Of a stretch of DNA of 40,541 nt, positions 1-11,931 are shown piece by piece (the first letter of the stretch is position 1; every line of letters starts with the position of its first letter). The notes beneath the pieces are model-generated. The model made no database searches. It saw only the letters and a program-made list of their open reading frames with translations, and was not told the origin of the DNA. The DNA is from an uncultured delta proteobacterium (lineage in GTDB: Bacteria; Desulfobacterota; Binatia; UBA9968), in the NCBI GenBank assembly GCA_963737905.1, contig CAVTUQ010000044.1, positions 1-40,541 of the forward strand, read 5' to 3'. The position numbers and the translations under genes are program-made.

Positions 1-521
1 TACGATTTAAGCAAAGCAGGCTCACGACGCGGTGAAATCGTTCGGGTGGTTTCTCTTGCAATGGCGATGCGCCCGGTTCGAATGAGTTCCCGTATCCCGA
101 GGGGCCTCAGCAAGTTGATCAGTGCTTCCACCTTATCAACGTCGCCGGTGATTTCAATCGTGTAGGTGGTTGGGGACGAGTCCACAATTTTAGCGCGAAA
201 GATATCGGCGATACGAATAGCTTCATCACGGTGTTCCGGCTTAGTGTGGACCTTGATCAGAGCGGTTTCCCGGTCCAAAAAATCAGTTTCGGTTAGATCA
301 ACGACTTTAAGCACTTCCACGACCTTATTTAACTGCTTCATGATCTGTTCGATGATTGGGTCATCCCCGGCGGTAACGATGGTGATCATCGAAGTCGTCG
401 GATCAAGCGTGGGGGCAACGGAAAGGCTCTCGATATTATAGCCCCGCGCACTGAACAGACCCGCTACTCTAGCCAAAACGCCGAATTTGTTTTCAACCAG
501 GACCGATATGATGTGTTCCAT
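1..521 (-). CDS. ilvN: Acetolactate synthase small (regulatory) subunit; stop codon probably cut by the window edge
   Basis: Manual translation from ATG at 521: MEHIISVLVENKFGVLARVAGLFSARGYNIESLSVAPT...; ACT domain; directly downstream of ilvB; not in the ORF track. Confidence 0.95.
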   Translation of the reverse strand, partial: MEHIISVLVENKFGVLARVAGLFSARGYNIESLSVAPTLDPTTSMITIVTAGDDPIIEQIMKQLNKVVEVLKVVDLTETDFLDRETALIKVHTKPEHRDEAIRIADIFRAKIVDSSPTTYTIEITGDVDKVEALINLLRPLGIRELIRTGRIAIARETTRTISPRREPALLKS

Positions 522-533
522 TCGCTAACGAAA

Positions 534-2312
534 TCAGGCAGGAAGAACCCCCTCCCCCTCGTCCACCTTTCTCTTGTGAGATCCCCCCTTCTTCGCTTGC
601 GTCAGTTCCGGCGGATCCTCCAGCATCATTTCGTGATGCGCTCCACCAGCAGGAATCATGGGGTAACAGTTCTCGTATGGGTCGGTATAAATATCCATGA
701 GTACCGGGCCCTTGTGCTTCAAACCTTGCTTGAGAACGGCCTCGACTTCGCCCGGTTTCTCCGCTCGCAGTCCCAAGATGCTATACGCCTCCGCCAGTTT
801 GACGAAGTCAGGAAGCTTGCCCAAGTAGCTCGCCGAATATCGACCTTCGTAGAAGAGGTCTTGCCACTGTCGAACCATACCGTGGAAGCCGTTATTGAGC
901 AGAACGATCTTGACCGGCAGCTTGTGCTCCACCGCCGTTGCCATCTCCTGAAGATTCATTTGGAAGCTACCCTCACTAGTGATGCACAACACAAGCTTTT
1001 CAGGAAAAGCCTTTTGCGCGCCGAGGGCGGCAGGGAAACCAAAGCCCATCGTCCCAAGTCCGCCCGAAGTCAACCAGGTCCGGGGCTTCGTCCCCTTAAA
1101 GTATTGTGCGGCAAACATTTGATGCTGACCCACGTCGGTAGCGACAATCGCATTGTGCTTGGTTAACTCAAAAAGCCGTTCGATCACGAATTGAGGCTTG
1201 GTGATCTTGCTATCTTTTTTATACGTCAGCGGATGGGCTTTCTTCCACTCATCGATTTGCTTCAGCCACGGGGCACGGAGCGCTTTGACTTCCGACACAT
1301 TCCCATCCATCGCGCGCAACATTACGTTCATTTGGCGCAGCACGGCTTTGACATCACCCACGATAGGAATGTGCGCGTGGAAAGTTTTCTTGATCGATGT
1401 CGGGTCGATGTCTATATGAATAACCCGGGCCTCCGGGCAAAACTCGGATAGCTTGCCCGTTACACGGTCGTCGAAGCGGGCGCCGACCGCGATCAGCAAG
1501 TCGGAATAATGCATCGCCATGTTGGTCCAATAACCGCCGTGCATGCCGAGCATTCCCAGCGCAAGCGGGTGAGTTCCCGGAAAGCTACCGAGACCCATCA
1601 GGGTCATGGTCACCGGGATTTGCGTCATTTCGGCCAACTCCCGGATTTCATCGGCGGCATCGGAAAAAATCGCGCCCCCGCCCACATAGATCATCGGCTT
1701 CTTCGCCTTCATGATCTCTTCCGCCGCTTGTTTGATTTGATGCTTATTACCGCTGATCGTTGGATTATAGCCGCGCAAGTTTACTTTATCGGGATACTTA
1801 AATTCCGCCTTCTCGGTGCTCACATCCTTGGGAATATCGACCAGAACCGGCCCCGGCCGGCCGCTCATAGCAATATAAAATGCCTCTTTGATGGTTTGAG
1901 CCAACTCATTAACATCTTTCACGAGCACGTTATGCTTCGTGCACGGACGGCTGATGCCGACATTGTCCGCTTCTTGAAAAGCATCGTTGCCAATCAGGTT
2001 GGTCGACACTTGACCCGTGAAAGCAACCAACGGAACCGAATCCATGTAAGCATCGGCCAAACCGGTCACGATGTTGGTCATTCCGGGCCCCGACGTGACC
2101 AACACCACCCCCGGCTTGCCAGTTGCCTTGGCATATCCTTCGGCCATGTGCGCGGCGCCTTGCTCATGGCGGGTTAGAACCAGCTCGATATCCTTCTGCT
2201 GACACAGTACGTCGAATATCTTGAGTACCACACCGCCCGGTAGTCCAAAGACGGTTTTGACTCCCTCGTGTCGCAGTGATTCGACAAAAATATCGGCGCC
2301 GGTCTTTTTCAT
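534..2312 (-). CDS. ilvB: Acetolactate synthase large subunit, biosynthetic type
   Basis: TRHEQGAAHMAEGYA, TSGPG, FQEAD, TDVGQHQM and GGLGTMGFG motifs; 592 aa. Confidence 0.97.
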   Translation of the reverse strand: MKKTGADIFVESLRHEGVKTVFGLPGGVVLKIFDVLCQQKDIELVLTRHEQGAAHMAEGYAKATGKPGVVLVTSGPGMTNIVTGLADAYMDSVPLVAFTGQVSTNLIGNDAFQEADNVGISRPCTKHNVLVKDVNELAQTIKEAFYIAMSGRPGPVLVDIPKDVSTEKAEFKYPDKVNLRGYNPTISGNKHQIKQAAEEIMKAKKPMIYVGGGAIFSDAADEIRELAEMTQIPVTMTLMGLGSFPGTHPLALGMLGMHGGYWTNMAMHYSDLLIAVGARFDDRVTGKLSEFCPEARVIHIDIDPTSIKKTFHAHIPIVGDVKAVLRQMNVMLRAMDGNVSEVKALRAPWLKQIDEWKKAHPLTYKKDSKITKPQFVIERLFELTKHNAIVATDVGQHQMFAAQYFKGTKPRTWLTSGGLGTMGFGFPAALGAQKAFPEKLVLCITSEGSFQMNLQEMATAVEHKLPVKIVLLNNGFHGMVRQWQDLFYEGRYSASYLGKLPDFVKLAEAYSILGLRAEKPGEVEAVLKQGLKHKGPVLMDIYTDPYENCYPMIPAGGAHHEMMLEDPPELTQAKKGGSHKRKVDEGEGVLPA

Positions 2313-2321
2313 TCAAACACC

Positions 2322-2558
2322 TTATTGAGTTGCACCGGCCTGGCGGTGCTTTCCAAGAATTTCCATAATTTTGTCTTTGCCGAGAAGTTTTAGTTTCTGC
2401 AACCTTTTCTTTTCTACTTCTTCATCAGGCGATAAGTGATGTTTGTGTTGAAATTCTGCTAACTTTCTCTCCAGTTCTTGATGCTCCTCATAATATTTTT
2501 TCAATTCGGGATCTTTGTCCACAAGAGAGGCAATGACCTGTTCTTCTCTCACTTCCAT
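2322..2558 (-). CDS. DUF465/YdcH-like small coiled-coil protein
   Basis: 78 aa with EEHQELE...LQKLKLLGKDKIMEIL pattern; GGAGG RBS. Confidence 0.8.
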   Translation of the reverse strand: MEVREEQVIASLVDKDPELKKYYEEHQELERKLAEFQHKHHLSPDEEVEKKRLQKLKLLGKDKIMEILGKHRQAGATQ

Positions 2559-2598
2559 GGGGCCTCCTTTTCATGGCATGAATTTTTTTGCGGGCCCC

Positions 2599-2627
2599 AA
2601 TTTATCTTAGGGTGGTAATTTTGTCAA
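2599..2627 (-). promoter_or_regulatory. sigma70 promoter for DUF465-ilvB-ilvN
   Basis: Minus strand TTGACA-17 nt-TAAATT. Confidence 0.7.
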
Positions 2628-2634
2628 CGTAAGT

Positions 2635-3393
2635 TTAACCGCGTATGACCGGCGCGTTAGAGCGAACCCATCGTTTGAACTCAGCTTCAGACGGACGAAT
2701 ATAAACGGGCGTCAACGCACCCAAATCGTCGACTCTATGGCACCGAAAACGATCCTCTGCGAGGCGGGCAACGGCGGCCGCGACGGTTGGATTGTTGATC
2801 GTCTCAAGCAGACGACCCCCGGGCGAGTCCAGCAGCAAATTCCTGTAGACGGCGGCACCGTCGCCGACAAACAGGCAAGGCGCGCCGCTCTGGAACCTCC
2901 GAACCGTTGCCATTACATCTGCAGGGGAAGCAACGGTATCTGCGGTGACACGGTTGATAACATCCCCGGTCTTTCGGAATACCGCGGCATAGACCTCGTT
3001 TTTACGCGCATCTAAAAGTGGGCAGATCAAGCCATCATAATCAGCCACCCGAGCCGCATGAGCGAATAATGTTGACATTCCGACGACAGGGATTTGCGAA
3101 CCGTACGCAAGACCCTTGACTGTGCTCAATCCGATTCTAAGACCCGTGAAAGACCCCGGGCCGATGGACAGCGCGAATCCGGTAATGTCCTGAAGCAAGA
3201 ATCCGGTGCTTTCGAAGAGCAACTCTATTAGCGGAAGGAGTGTCTCCGCGTGATTGCTTTTGCCTCTGTGTCTATTTCCATTGCCAGTGGATTCGTCATG
3301 TGATGAATCCGTCCGCTCGGAGAGTAACGCTCCATTTTCGACCAAGGCTACGCTTGCCGTACGGCTTGCCGTATCGATGCCGATAACCCTCAT
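2635..3393 (-). CDS. tsaB: tRNA threonylcarbamoyladenosine biosynthesis protein TsaB
   Basis: IGIDTAS, GPGSFTGLRIG, DARKNEVY and PVYIRPSEAE motifs. Confidence 0.95.
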   Translation of the reverse strand: MRVIGIDTASRTASVALVENGALLSERTDSSHDESTGNGNRHRGKSNHAETLLPLIELLFESTGFLLQDITGFALSIGPGSFTGLRIGLSTVKGLAYGSQIPVVGMSTLFAHAARVADYDGLICPLLDARKNEVYAAVFRKTGDVINRVTADTVASPADVMATVRRFQSGAPCLFVGDGAAVYRNLLLDSPGGRLLETINNPTVAAAVARLAEDRFRCHRVDDLGALTPVYIRPSEAEFKRWVRSNAPVIRG

Positions 3394-4472
3394 CCCCCGA
3401 CCTGTTTTTCAAAAAACCTGGCGATGTCATTGTAAAACGCATAAATCATCAACAGCATTAAAAGAAAAATCCCCACCTGCTGAGCGACCTCTCGATGTCT
3501 AACCGCAACCGGTCTACCAATTAAGGCTTCCACTATGAAAAACAGCAGATGTCCGCCGTCAAGAACCGGGATCGGCAAAAGGTTCAGGACCCCGAGGTTG
3601 ATGCTCAAAATCGCCACAAACCCGAGAAAACTTCCCAGCCCCTCCTGCGCCTGTTGACCCGCCATCTGCGCAATCAAAATCGGCCCCCCGAGATTGCGGG
3701 GCGAAACCTCACCGGTGATCATTTTGTAGAGGGCCACGAGGGTTAGCTTCGCATAGTCGTAGGTTTGTTGTACGGCTTTCACTACGGCTAACCCCGGATT
3801 CCCCTTTTCAATAGAGACATGGCTGCCGATGCCGATCATCCAGTCCTCTTTTTTCTCGCCAAAGATCGTTCGACTCTCCTTTTTTGTGGGTTGCACCGTA
3901 GCGGTAACTTCTTGAGAATCTCTCCGAATCAGCAGATTTAAAGGGCTACCTTGGCTTTCCTTAATCCGTTTAGACAACTCCTCCCACTCGGTAACGGGTT
4001 GACCGTTGACTGCTACGATACGATCACCCTTTTGTATTCCTCCGCGGTCCGCCGGCGAGCCGGCTTCTACGCCGCCTACCTGAGTCGATAAAACCGGCAC
4101 GCCATAAAAAAGAAATACAATCATCAAAAGCAACACCGCTAGCAAGAGGTTAAAGCCCGGACCGGCTGCCACAATCGCGATTCGCTTCAAAAGTCCTTTG
4201 TGGGCGAACGACTTCTCGATATCGGCCGGCTGGACTTCTTCATCGGGGTCCTCGCCCACCATCTTGACGTAGCCCCCCAGGGGAAAAGCGCTTAACGCAT
4301 ACTCCGTCTCGCCTTTTTTCTTGACCCAAATTTTCGGGCCAAAACCCACGGAAAAAGTGAGAACCCCGACACCCGACAATTTGGCGAACAAAAAGTGACC
4401 GAACTCATGAATGACGATCAGCAGGCCTAGGCCGATCACCGCCGCGACAATAGAGTAAATCACGTTCTCCAT
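3390..4472 (-). CDS. rseP: RIP metalloprotease RseP
   Basis: HEFGH, PLGGYVKM, PDZ domain, NLLPIPVLDGGH. Confidence 0.96.
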   Translation of the reverse strand: MENVIYSIVAAVIGLGLLIVIHEFGHFLFAKLSGVGVLTFSVGFGPKIWVKKKGETEYALSAFPLGGYVKMVGEDPDEEVQPADIEKSFAHKGLLKRIAIVAAGPGFNLLLAVLLLMIVFLFYGVPVLSTQVGGVEAGSPADRGGIQKGDRIVAVNGQPVTEWEELSKRIKESQGSPLNLLIRRDSQEVTATVQPTKKESRTIFGEKKEDWMIGIGSHVSIEKGNPGLAVVKAVQQTYDYAKLTLVALYKMITGEVSPRNLGGPILIAQMAGQQAQEGLGSFLGFVAILSINLGVLNLLPIPVLDGGHLLFFIVEALIGRPVAVRHREVAQQVGIFLLMLLMIYAFYNDIARFFEKQVGG

Positions 4473-4485
4473 CCGTTCTCCTCTT

Positions 4486-5643
4486 CTATGCCCTTACATT
4501 GATAAGCGACGAAGCTTTTTCCCTGGCCCACCGATCAACTTCCAGGATTGCATCGATCTCTTTAGGGCTTTGGGGCGTATGTCCCTGCATCGTCTTGTCA
4601 ATAATACGGTGTATGTCGCGAAAGCCGATCCTACGCTCCAAGAATGCGGCCACGGCTATTTCGTTCGAGGCGTTTAAGGCCACCGGCATCGTTCCACCCT
4701 CTTTCAACGCGGCATACGCCAACCGCAACGCAGGGAAACGCTTGGAGTCCACTGGTAAAAAGCTTAACTCACCCTGCTGGGTCAATTCCAGAGGCTTCCA
4801 ACCGCCCTTCAACCGATGCGGATAAGTCAAGGCGTACGCGATGGGGATGCGCATATCGGGGATGCCAAGCTGCGCGATAATCGATCCGTCCTGATATCGA
4901 ACCATGGAGTGAACTACACTCTGAGGATGGATGACGACGTCGATCCGGCCAGGATCCATATCGAATTCCCACCGCGCTTCGACCACCTCTAACCCCTTAT
5001 TCATCATCGTTGCCGAATCAATGGTGATCTTTCGGCCCATCTTCCAGTTCGGATGCTTCAACGCTTGCGCGACGGTTACTCGATTCAGGAGCTTCAGCGG
5101 GGTTCGCAAAAACGGACCTCCCGAAGCGGTGAGGATGAGCTTGTCGACTTCGTCGCGTCGGTTACCCTGCAGGCACTGGAAGATTGCGCTGTGCTCGCTG
5201 TCTACGGGTAAGAGTCTGACTCCCTTTTGCTTTGCCGCGTTGACAAAAATCTCACCCGCCATCACCAGCGCCTCTTTGTTGGCAAGGGCAACCTCTTTGC
5301 CAGCCCGCACCGCTGCAAGAGTCGGAAGCAGCCCCGCTCCACCGACAATGGCGGCCACGACGACATCGACTTCCTGCCCCGTCGAGACTGCCGCTGCCCC
5401 CCGTTCTCCATAGAGCACTTCCACTCGATTGTGGCTGAGGAGCTTGCGCAAACGGGGCACGTCCTCCTCATTCTTGATGGCAACACACCGGGGCGCAAAC
5501 TCCCTAATTTGAGACGCGAGCCGTTTGAGATTTTTTCCGGCAACCAAACCGCAAACTTTAAAACGCTCAGGAAACCTCCGGACAAGATCGAGGGTACTCA
5601 CTCCGATAGAGCCCGTGGAACCAAGAAGAGCTATTGTTCTCAT
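4486..5643 (-). CDS. dxr: 1-deoxy-D-xylulose-5-phosphate reductoisomerase
   Basis: True start at 5643 (ATGA overlap with the cdsA stop): MRTIALLGSTGSIG; LANKE, PVDSEHSA and HPNWKMGRKITIDSATMMNKGLE motifs. Confidence 0.96.
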   Translation of the reverse strand: MRTIALLGSTGSIGVSTLDLVRRFPERFKVCGLVAGKNLKRLASQIREFAPRCVAIKNEEDVPRLRKLLSHNRVEVLYGERGAAAVSTGQEVDVVVAAIVGGAGLLPTLAAVRAGKEVALANKEALVMAGEIFVNAAKQKGVRLLPVDSEHSAIFQCLQGNRRDEVDKLILTASGGPFLRTPLKLLNRVTVAQALKHPNWKMGRKITIDSATMMNKGLEVVEARWEFDMDPGRIDVVIHPQSVVHSMVRYQDGSIIAQLGIPDMRIPIAYALTYPHRLKGGWKPLELTQQGELSFLPVDSKRFPALRLAYAALKEGGTMPVALNASNEIAVAAFLERRIGFRDIHRIIDKTMQGHTPQSPKEIDAILEVDRWAREKASSLINVRA

Positions 5644-6446
5644 GGATGAAACACTTTTAAGTAAGTCGTCGCAAAAACCGCAGGGAAGATCAAGCTGTCG
5701 AGGCGGTCCAACACGCCTCCGTGACCTGGCAGCAAAACGCCCGAATCTTTTACGGCAAAAACGCGTTTGATTAAAGACTCGAACAGATCGCCAATTTGCC
5801 CCAGGATGCTCAAGATTCCGGAAATCGCGACAACCTCGATCACACCCATTCCCGAAACCAAGAACCTTGCTCCGAGCCAGCCGCCCATCACGCTCCCTGC
5901 GACGTACCCCACCGCTCCTTCGATGGTTTTGCCTGGGCTGATCTCCGGCGCGAGCTTTCTCTTGCCGAAGTAAGTGCCGGTCAAATAAGCCGCCGTATCG
6001 CCCATCATGATGACCAAGAGAACGAAAAACACCCAAGCGCGCCCGTGAGGCATGCGAAACAGCAAGACCCAATGGGGTAGCAGATAACCCAGATAGACCG
6101 CCCCGAGAAGCGCCCAAGCCAGCCGGTTCAATCGCTGGGACAAGGGTCCTGCCATACATAGATAAATTGAGAAAAAGAGCACAAACAGAAGGCTCATCGA
6201 CAACTCTGCGTTTGACACCGGAGAGAAAAGTAGCACCACGGAGAGACTGAGTCCGAAAAGGATTCCCCACAGTTGTTCTCTTACATTGTCCGGGAACACC
6301 ATCGCAAAATACTCTCGCAAAGCTTCAGCGTTAAGAGCTACGAACAAGCCGACAAAAATCCAAGAGGGCCCCCACCCCACTAGCAAAACGAGCAGCGGAA
6401 TACCGATACTCGCTGTCAGCGCCCTGGCCCTAAGACTTGATTCCAC
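5640..6446 (-). CDS. cdsA: Phosphatidate cytidylyltransferase
   Basis: SPGKTIEG and GDLFESLIKR...KDSG..LPGHGGVLDRLDS; probable GTG start at 6446 after GGAGG. Confidence 0.93.
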   Translation of the reverse strand: MESSLRARALTASIGIPLLVLLVGWGPSWIFVGLFVALNAEALREYFAMVFPDNVREQLWGILFGLSLSVVLLFSPVSNAELSMSLLFVLFFSIYLCMAGPLSQRLNRLAWALLGAVYLGYLLPHWVLLFRMPHGRAWVFFVLLVIMMGDTAAYLTGTYFGKRKLAPEISPGKTIEGAVGYVAGSVMGGWLGARFLVSGMGVIEVVAISGILSILGQIGDLFESLIKRVFAVKDSGVLLPGHGGVLDRLDSLIFPAVFATTYLKVFHP

Positions 6447-7209
6447 TGGCCTCCAACGACGCCGGTGCTGGATCCATGACTTGTTCGTCGGTTCTGCCAA
6501 ATCGCCGGCGGCGCCGCTGAAACTCGATGAGGGCCTGCAAATAATCCTTTTCCCTAAAATCCGGCCAAAGCGTAGGGGTCATGTAGAGTTCGCTATAGGC
6601 AATCTGCCAAAGATAAAAATTACTGATCCGTAACTCGCCGCTTGTGCGGATTAAAAGGTCCGGGTCAGGAACCCCCGGCGTATCCATATAGGACGAAATG
6701 ATCTTTTCGTCGATCTCTTCCGGGTCATATTTCCCCTCTCGCACCTCGCTCGCAAGCCGCTTCACCATTCTCATGATCTCGTTGCGACCGCTGTAGCTGA
6801 GCGCAAGGATCACCGTCATCCGCTGGTTCTCCCGCGTTAGCTCTATGACTCGTTCGAGCGTTCTCCGAACGCTGCCAGGCAAGCGGCTACGGTCACCCAT
6901 CGCGAGAAGGCGGATGCTATAGCGCATCATTTTCGCCTGCTCGGCGGCAAGATAATGTTCCAAAAGTCCCATGAGGGCATGAACTTCGTCTTGAGGTCTG
7001 AGCCAGTTCTCCGTTGAAAAAGCATATAACGATAGGAACGGAATACCGATCTTGCGGCTCATTTCGACGATCACACGAACTGAGGTTTTTCCGCGCCGGT
7101 GGCCCTCGATACGACTTTTTCCGCGCTCCTTGGCCCACCGCCCGTTGCCGTCCATGATAATGGCAACATGTTGGGGTAAACGACTCTTGTCGAGACCGGT
7201 TAGATCCAT
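6430..7209 (-). CDS. uppS: Undecaprenyl diphosphate synthase (isoprenyl transferase)
   Basis: HVAIIMDGNGRWA, YAFSTENW, PDLLIRTSGELRISNF. Confidence 0.97.
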   Translation of the reverse strand: MDLTGLDKSRLPQHVAIIMDGNGRWAKERGKSRIEGHRRGKTSVRVIVEMSRKIGIPFLSLYAFSTENWLRPQDEVHALMGLLEHYLAAEQAKMMRYSIRLLAMGDRSRLPGSVRRTLERVIELTRENQRMTVILALSYSGRNEIMRMVKRLASEVREGKYDPEEIDEKIISSYMDTPGVPDPDLLIRTSGELRISNFYLWQIAYSELYMTPTLWPDFREKDYLQALIEFQRRRRRFGRTDEQVMDPAPASLEASGIKS

Positions 7210-7320
7210 CGTTAGCGGAGCGACGTCGGTTTCATCAACGGAACGTATGGCGGACGCCTGCAGGGCTCTGCAAGAATACTCAATCAGGGGGCATCGTGAC
7301 AGGCGGAGATCGGCGGTTAT

Positions 7321-9232
<1,912 letters not shown>

Positions 9233-9238
9233 GGAACC

Positions 9239-10030
9239 CTAAACTCCTCCCATCGCCGGACTTGCAGCCGAGCGACTCGGCTCCTCCGTAGGAGCGCCGG
9301 CCGCAGATTTTTCATCCTCTTTGTCTTTGACTAGCGACTGTTCGTAAAGCGTTTTTCCTTCGTTAATTGCATCCGCAATCGCGGAGCAAAACAACCGGAT
9401 GGCCCGAATGGCATCGTCGTTGCCGGGCACTTTGTAGTCCACCAAGTCGGGATCGCAATTCGTATCGATCACAGCCACGACGGGGATCCCCAGCTTGCGC
9501 GCCTCTTTAACGGCAATCTCTTCTTGTTTCGGATCAACGACGAAGATGGCATCCGGAAGCTTTCGCATGCTTTTAATTCCACCCAGAGACTGTTCGAGTT
9601 TTTCTTTTTCTCGCGTAAGGCCCAACATTTCCTTCTTGGTCAAGGCGTCGACGATTTTTGGATCGTTTTCCATCTCCTCGAGTTTTCTTAAACGTTCAAT
9701 ACTCTGACGGATGGTCGAGAAGTTGGTTAGGGTCCCGCCCAACCAACGATTTTGAACATGGAACATCCCACACCGCTCGGCTTCTTCCCTCACCGCTTCC
9801 TGAGCCTGCTTCTTTGTGCCGACGAACAGGACGTGCCCGCCGGAGGCCGCGATGTTGCGCACGACGTTCTCCAAATCTTTGAACATGGACACCGTCTGCT
9901 GCAGGTCGATGATGTGAATGCCATTGCGAGCGCCGAATATGTAGGGCTTCATCTTAGGGTTCCAACGGCTGGTTTGGTGTCCGAAATGGACACCGGCTTC
10001 CAGCAGTTGCTTCATAGAAATATCACTCAT
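9239..10030 (-). CDS. rpsB: 30S ribosomal protein S2
   Basis: Start at 10030 ([19 protein letters not shown]) after AAGGAG; DTNCDP and [10 protein letters not shown]. Confidence 0.97.
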   Translation of the reverse strand: MSDISMKQLLEAGVHFGHQTSRWNPKMKPYIFGARNGIHIIDLQQTVSMFKDLENVVRNIAASGGHVLFVGTKKQAQEAVREEAERCGMFHVQNRWLGGTLTNFSTIRQSIERLRKLEEMENDPKIVDALTKKEMLGLTREKEKLEQSLGGIKSMRKLPDAIFVVDPKQEEIAVKEARKLGIPVVAVIDTNCDPDLVDYKVPGNDDAIRAIRLFCSAIADAINEGKTLYEQSLVKDKEDEKSAAGAPTEEPSRSAASPAMGGV

Positions 10031-10044
10031 TATCTTCTCTCCTT

Positions 10045-10125
10045 TGGTTGTTGTCCTCCCCTTTTCCTCTTTTCCATTACGCACCCGGATTGGGCACCGC
10101 GCAAGGGATCAGAAAGGGTGTGAAA
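10045..10125 (-). promoter_or_regulatory. rpsB 5' leader (t44-like S2 autoregulatory RNA)
   Basis: Transcript reads UCACAC...GCGGUGCCC...GGGAGGACAACAACC upstream of rpsB, resembling the conserved rpsB leader; boundaries approximate. Confidence 0.6.
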
Positions 10126-10264
10126 TACGTATCCAGGCCGGCGGGTTTCTATGACCCATACACAACCACCAGCGATAAGTAAAAACCTTTAATGGACTCA
10201 GATATCTTTGCGTTTTTAACAAAGATAAGCGTTGCGCGCAAGGTAGCGGGAAACCGGGGGAAAG

Positions 10265-11566
10265 TTACTGGTTCATGGACTCAAGAAATTCTTTGTTGTT
10301 CTTGGTTCCATGCATCTTATCCTGCAAGAACTCCATCGCGTCGACCACGCTCAGCTGCGATAGGACTTTCCGCAGGATCCAGATCCGATTCAAGTCCTCT
10401 TTGGCGATCAGCAATTCCTCCTTCCTGGTTCCCGACTTGTTGATGTCGATGGCGGGGAAAACTCGCTTATCCATGAGCCGTCGATCTAAATGCACTTCCA
10501 TGTTCCCAGTGCCTTTGAATTCTTCAAAAATGACTTCATCCATCCGGCTACCGGTATCGATCAGGGCCGTGGCAATAATGGTCAGGCTGCCACCATCTTC
10601 GATGTTTCTCGCGGCACCAAAAAACTTCTTCGGCTTATGAAGCGCATTGGAGTCGACCCCGCCGGATAGAATCTTGCCGCTTGGCGGTACCACCGTATTG
10701 TAGGCCCGCGCGAGTCGGGTGATGCTGTCGAGGAGAATGACGACGTCTTTGCCGTGTTCGACAAGCCGTTTGGCCTTTTCAATCACCATTTCGGCGACTT
10801 GGACGTGTCGTGTCGCAGGCTCATCAAAGGTAGAACTGATAACCTCACCATCCACCGATCGTTGCATATCCGTGACCTCTTCGGGGCGTTCGTCGATCAG
10901 TAGAACGATGAGGATGACTTCTTTGTGATTGTGGGCAATGGCCTTGGCGAGATGCTGCAGCATCATCGTTTTGCCCGTCCGGGGCGCGGCGACAATCAAG
11001 CCACGCTGGCCTTTGCCAACCGGAGTCAACAAATCCACGATGCGCGTCGTATAATCTTCGGGCTGATATTCGAGACTGAAACTTTCATTGGGGTAAAGGG
11101 GGGTAAGATTATCAAAAAGGATTTTTTCCCGAGCTCTTTCCGGATCTTCGTAGTTGATCGATTCAACCTTGAGGAGGGCGAAGTAACGTTCTCCTTCTTT
11201 GGGCGGGCGAATATGACCTGAGATAATGTCCCCGGTCCGCAAGTTGAATCTACGAATCTGGCTCGGAGAAACATAGATATCGTCGGGACCGGGAAGATAA
11301 TTGTAATCGGGAGCCCGCAGAAAACCAAAACCATCGGGTAGAGTTTCCAACACGCCTTCCCCGTAGATGTGGCCGTTCTGCTCCGTTTGCGCTTGCAAAA
11401 TCGCAAAGATCAGCTCTTGCTTGCGCATATTGGCGGCGCCCTCAATATTAAAATTCTTGCCGATCAGCGCCAGGTCACTGATCTTCTTTTCTTTGAGAGC
11501 CTTGAGGTTCAACCCATTATCTTCCAAGGTCTCCGGTTCGGCGGTTCGAGTTCTGCCACGGACCAT
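10265..11566 (-). CDS. rho: Transcription termination factor Rho
   Basis: [50 protein letters not shown]. Confidence 0.98.
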   Translation of the reverse strand: MVRGRTRTAEPETLEDNGLNLKALKEKKISDLALIGKNFNIEGAANMRKQELIFAILQAQTEQNGHIYGEGVLETLPDGFGFLRAPDYNYLPGPDDIYVSPSQIRRFNLRTGDIISGHIRPPKEGERYFALLKVESINYEDPERAREKILFDNLTPLYPNESFSLEYQPEDYTTRIVDLLTPVGKGQRGLIVAAPRTGKTMMLQHLAKAIAHNHKEVILIVLLIDERPEEVTDMQRSVDGEVISSTFDEPATRHVQVAEMVIEKAKRLVEHGKDVVILLDSITRLARAYNTVVPPSGKILSGGVDSNALHKPKKFFGAARNIEDGGSLTIIATALIDTGSRMDEVIFEEFKGTGNMEVHLDRRLMDKRVFPAIDINKSGTRKEELLIAKEDLNRIWILRKVLSQLSVVDAMEFLQDKMHGTKNNKEFLESMNQ

Positions 11567-11875
11567 AAACTATGCCTCTCCTTTCAATCTCTTAAACGGA
11601 ACACTCTGATCATCTTGCCCACACCGCATCTTTCCCGTTAGCTCACCCACAGAATTGTACGGGCGAGTCAAAACACCCACGACCTCTCGAAGAGAGGAGA
11701 TGAGGTAAAAGTAGCGGCACATTTGCAGACGCGACATGTCGATGCGACAGGTTTCTACAATCGGATGCGAATCTTTTCCTTAAGATCCAAAACAAATCCA
11801 GGCCGGATGCTTAACGATTTTGTCAGTGTGGGGGTTAATTCAAGAGATCGCTGAAATGATCAATTTCTTAAATCC

Positions 11876-11904
11876 ATACTAAGTAAAACCCCTTTCCTTG
11901 TCAA
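11876..11904 (-). promoter_or_regulatory. sigma70 promoter of rho
   Basis: Minus strand TTGACA-17 nt-TAGTAT, about 300 nt upstream of the rho ATG. Confidence 0.7.
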
Positions 11905-11931
11905 CCCCTCTGTTGATTTCGCGCGTTTTCT

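Noticed and set aside
513-2177. Long plus-strand ORFs opposite ilvB, and similar antisense ORFs elsewhere (e.g. 31810-32523, 33265-33996, 36247-36846, 38248-38850)
   Set aside because: Antisense shadows of well-supported genes in GC-rich DNA, with no recognisable motifs
5644-6270. 209-aa N-terminal extension of dxr in the ORF track (594 aa)
   Set aside because: It overlaps cdsA in another frame; Dxr homology starts at ATG 5643, which is coupled to the cdsA stop
10203-10227. Inverted repeat TATCTTTG/CAAAGATA downstream of rho as an intrinsic terminator
   Set aside because: AT-rich stem with no U-tract on the minus strand; too weak to call
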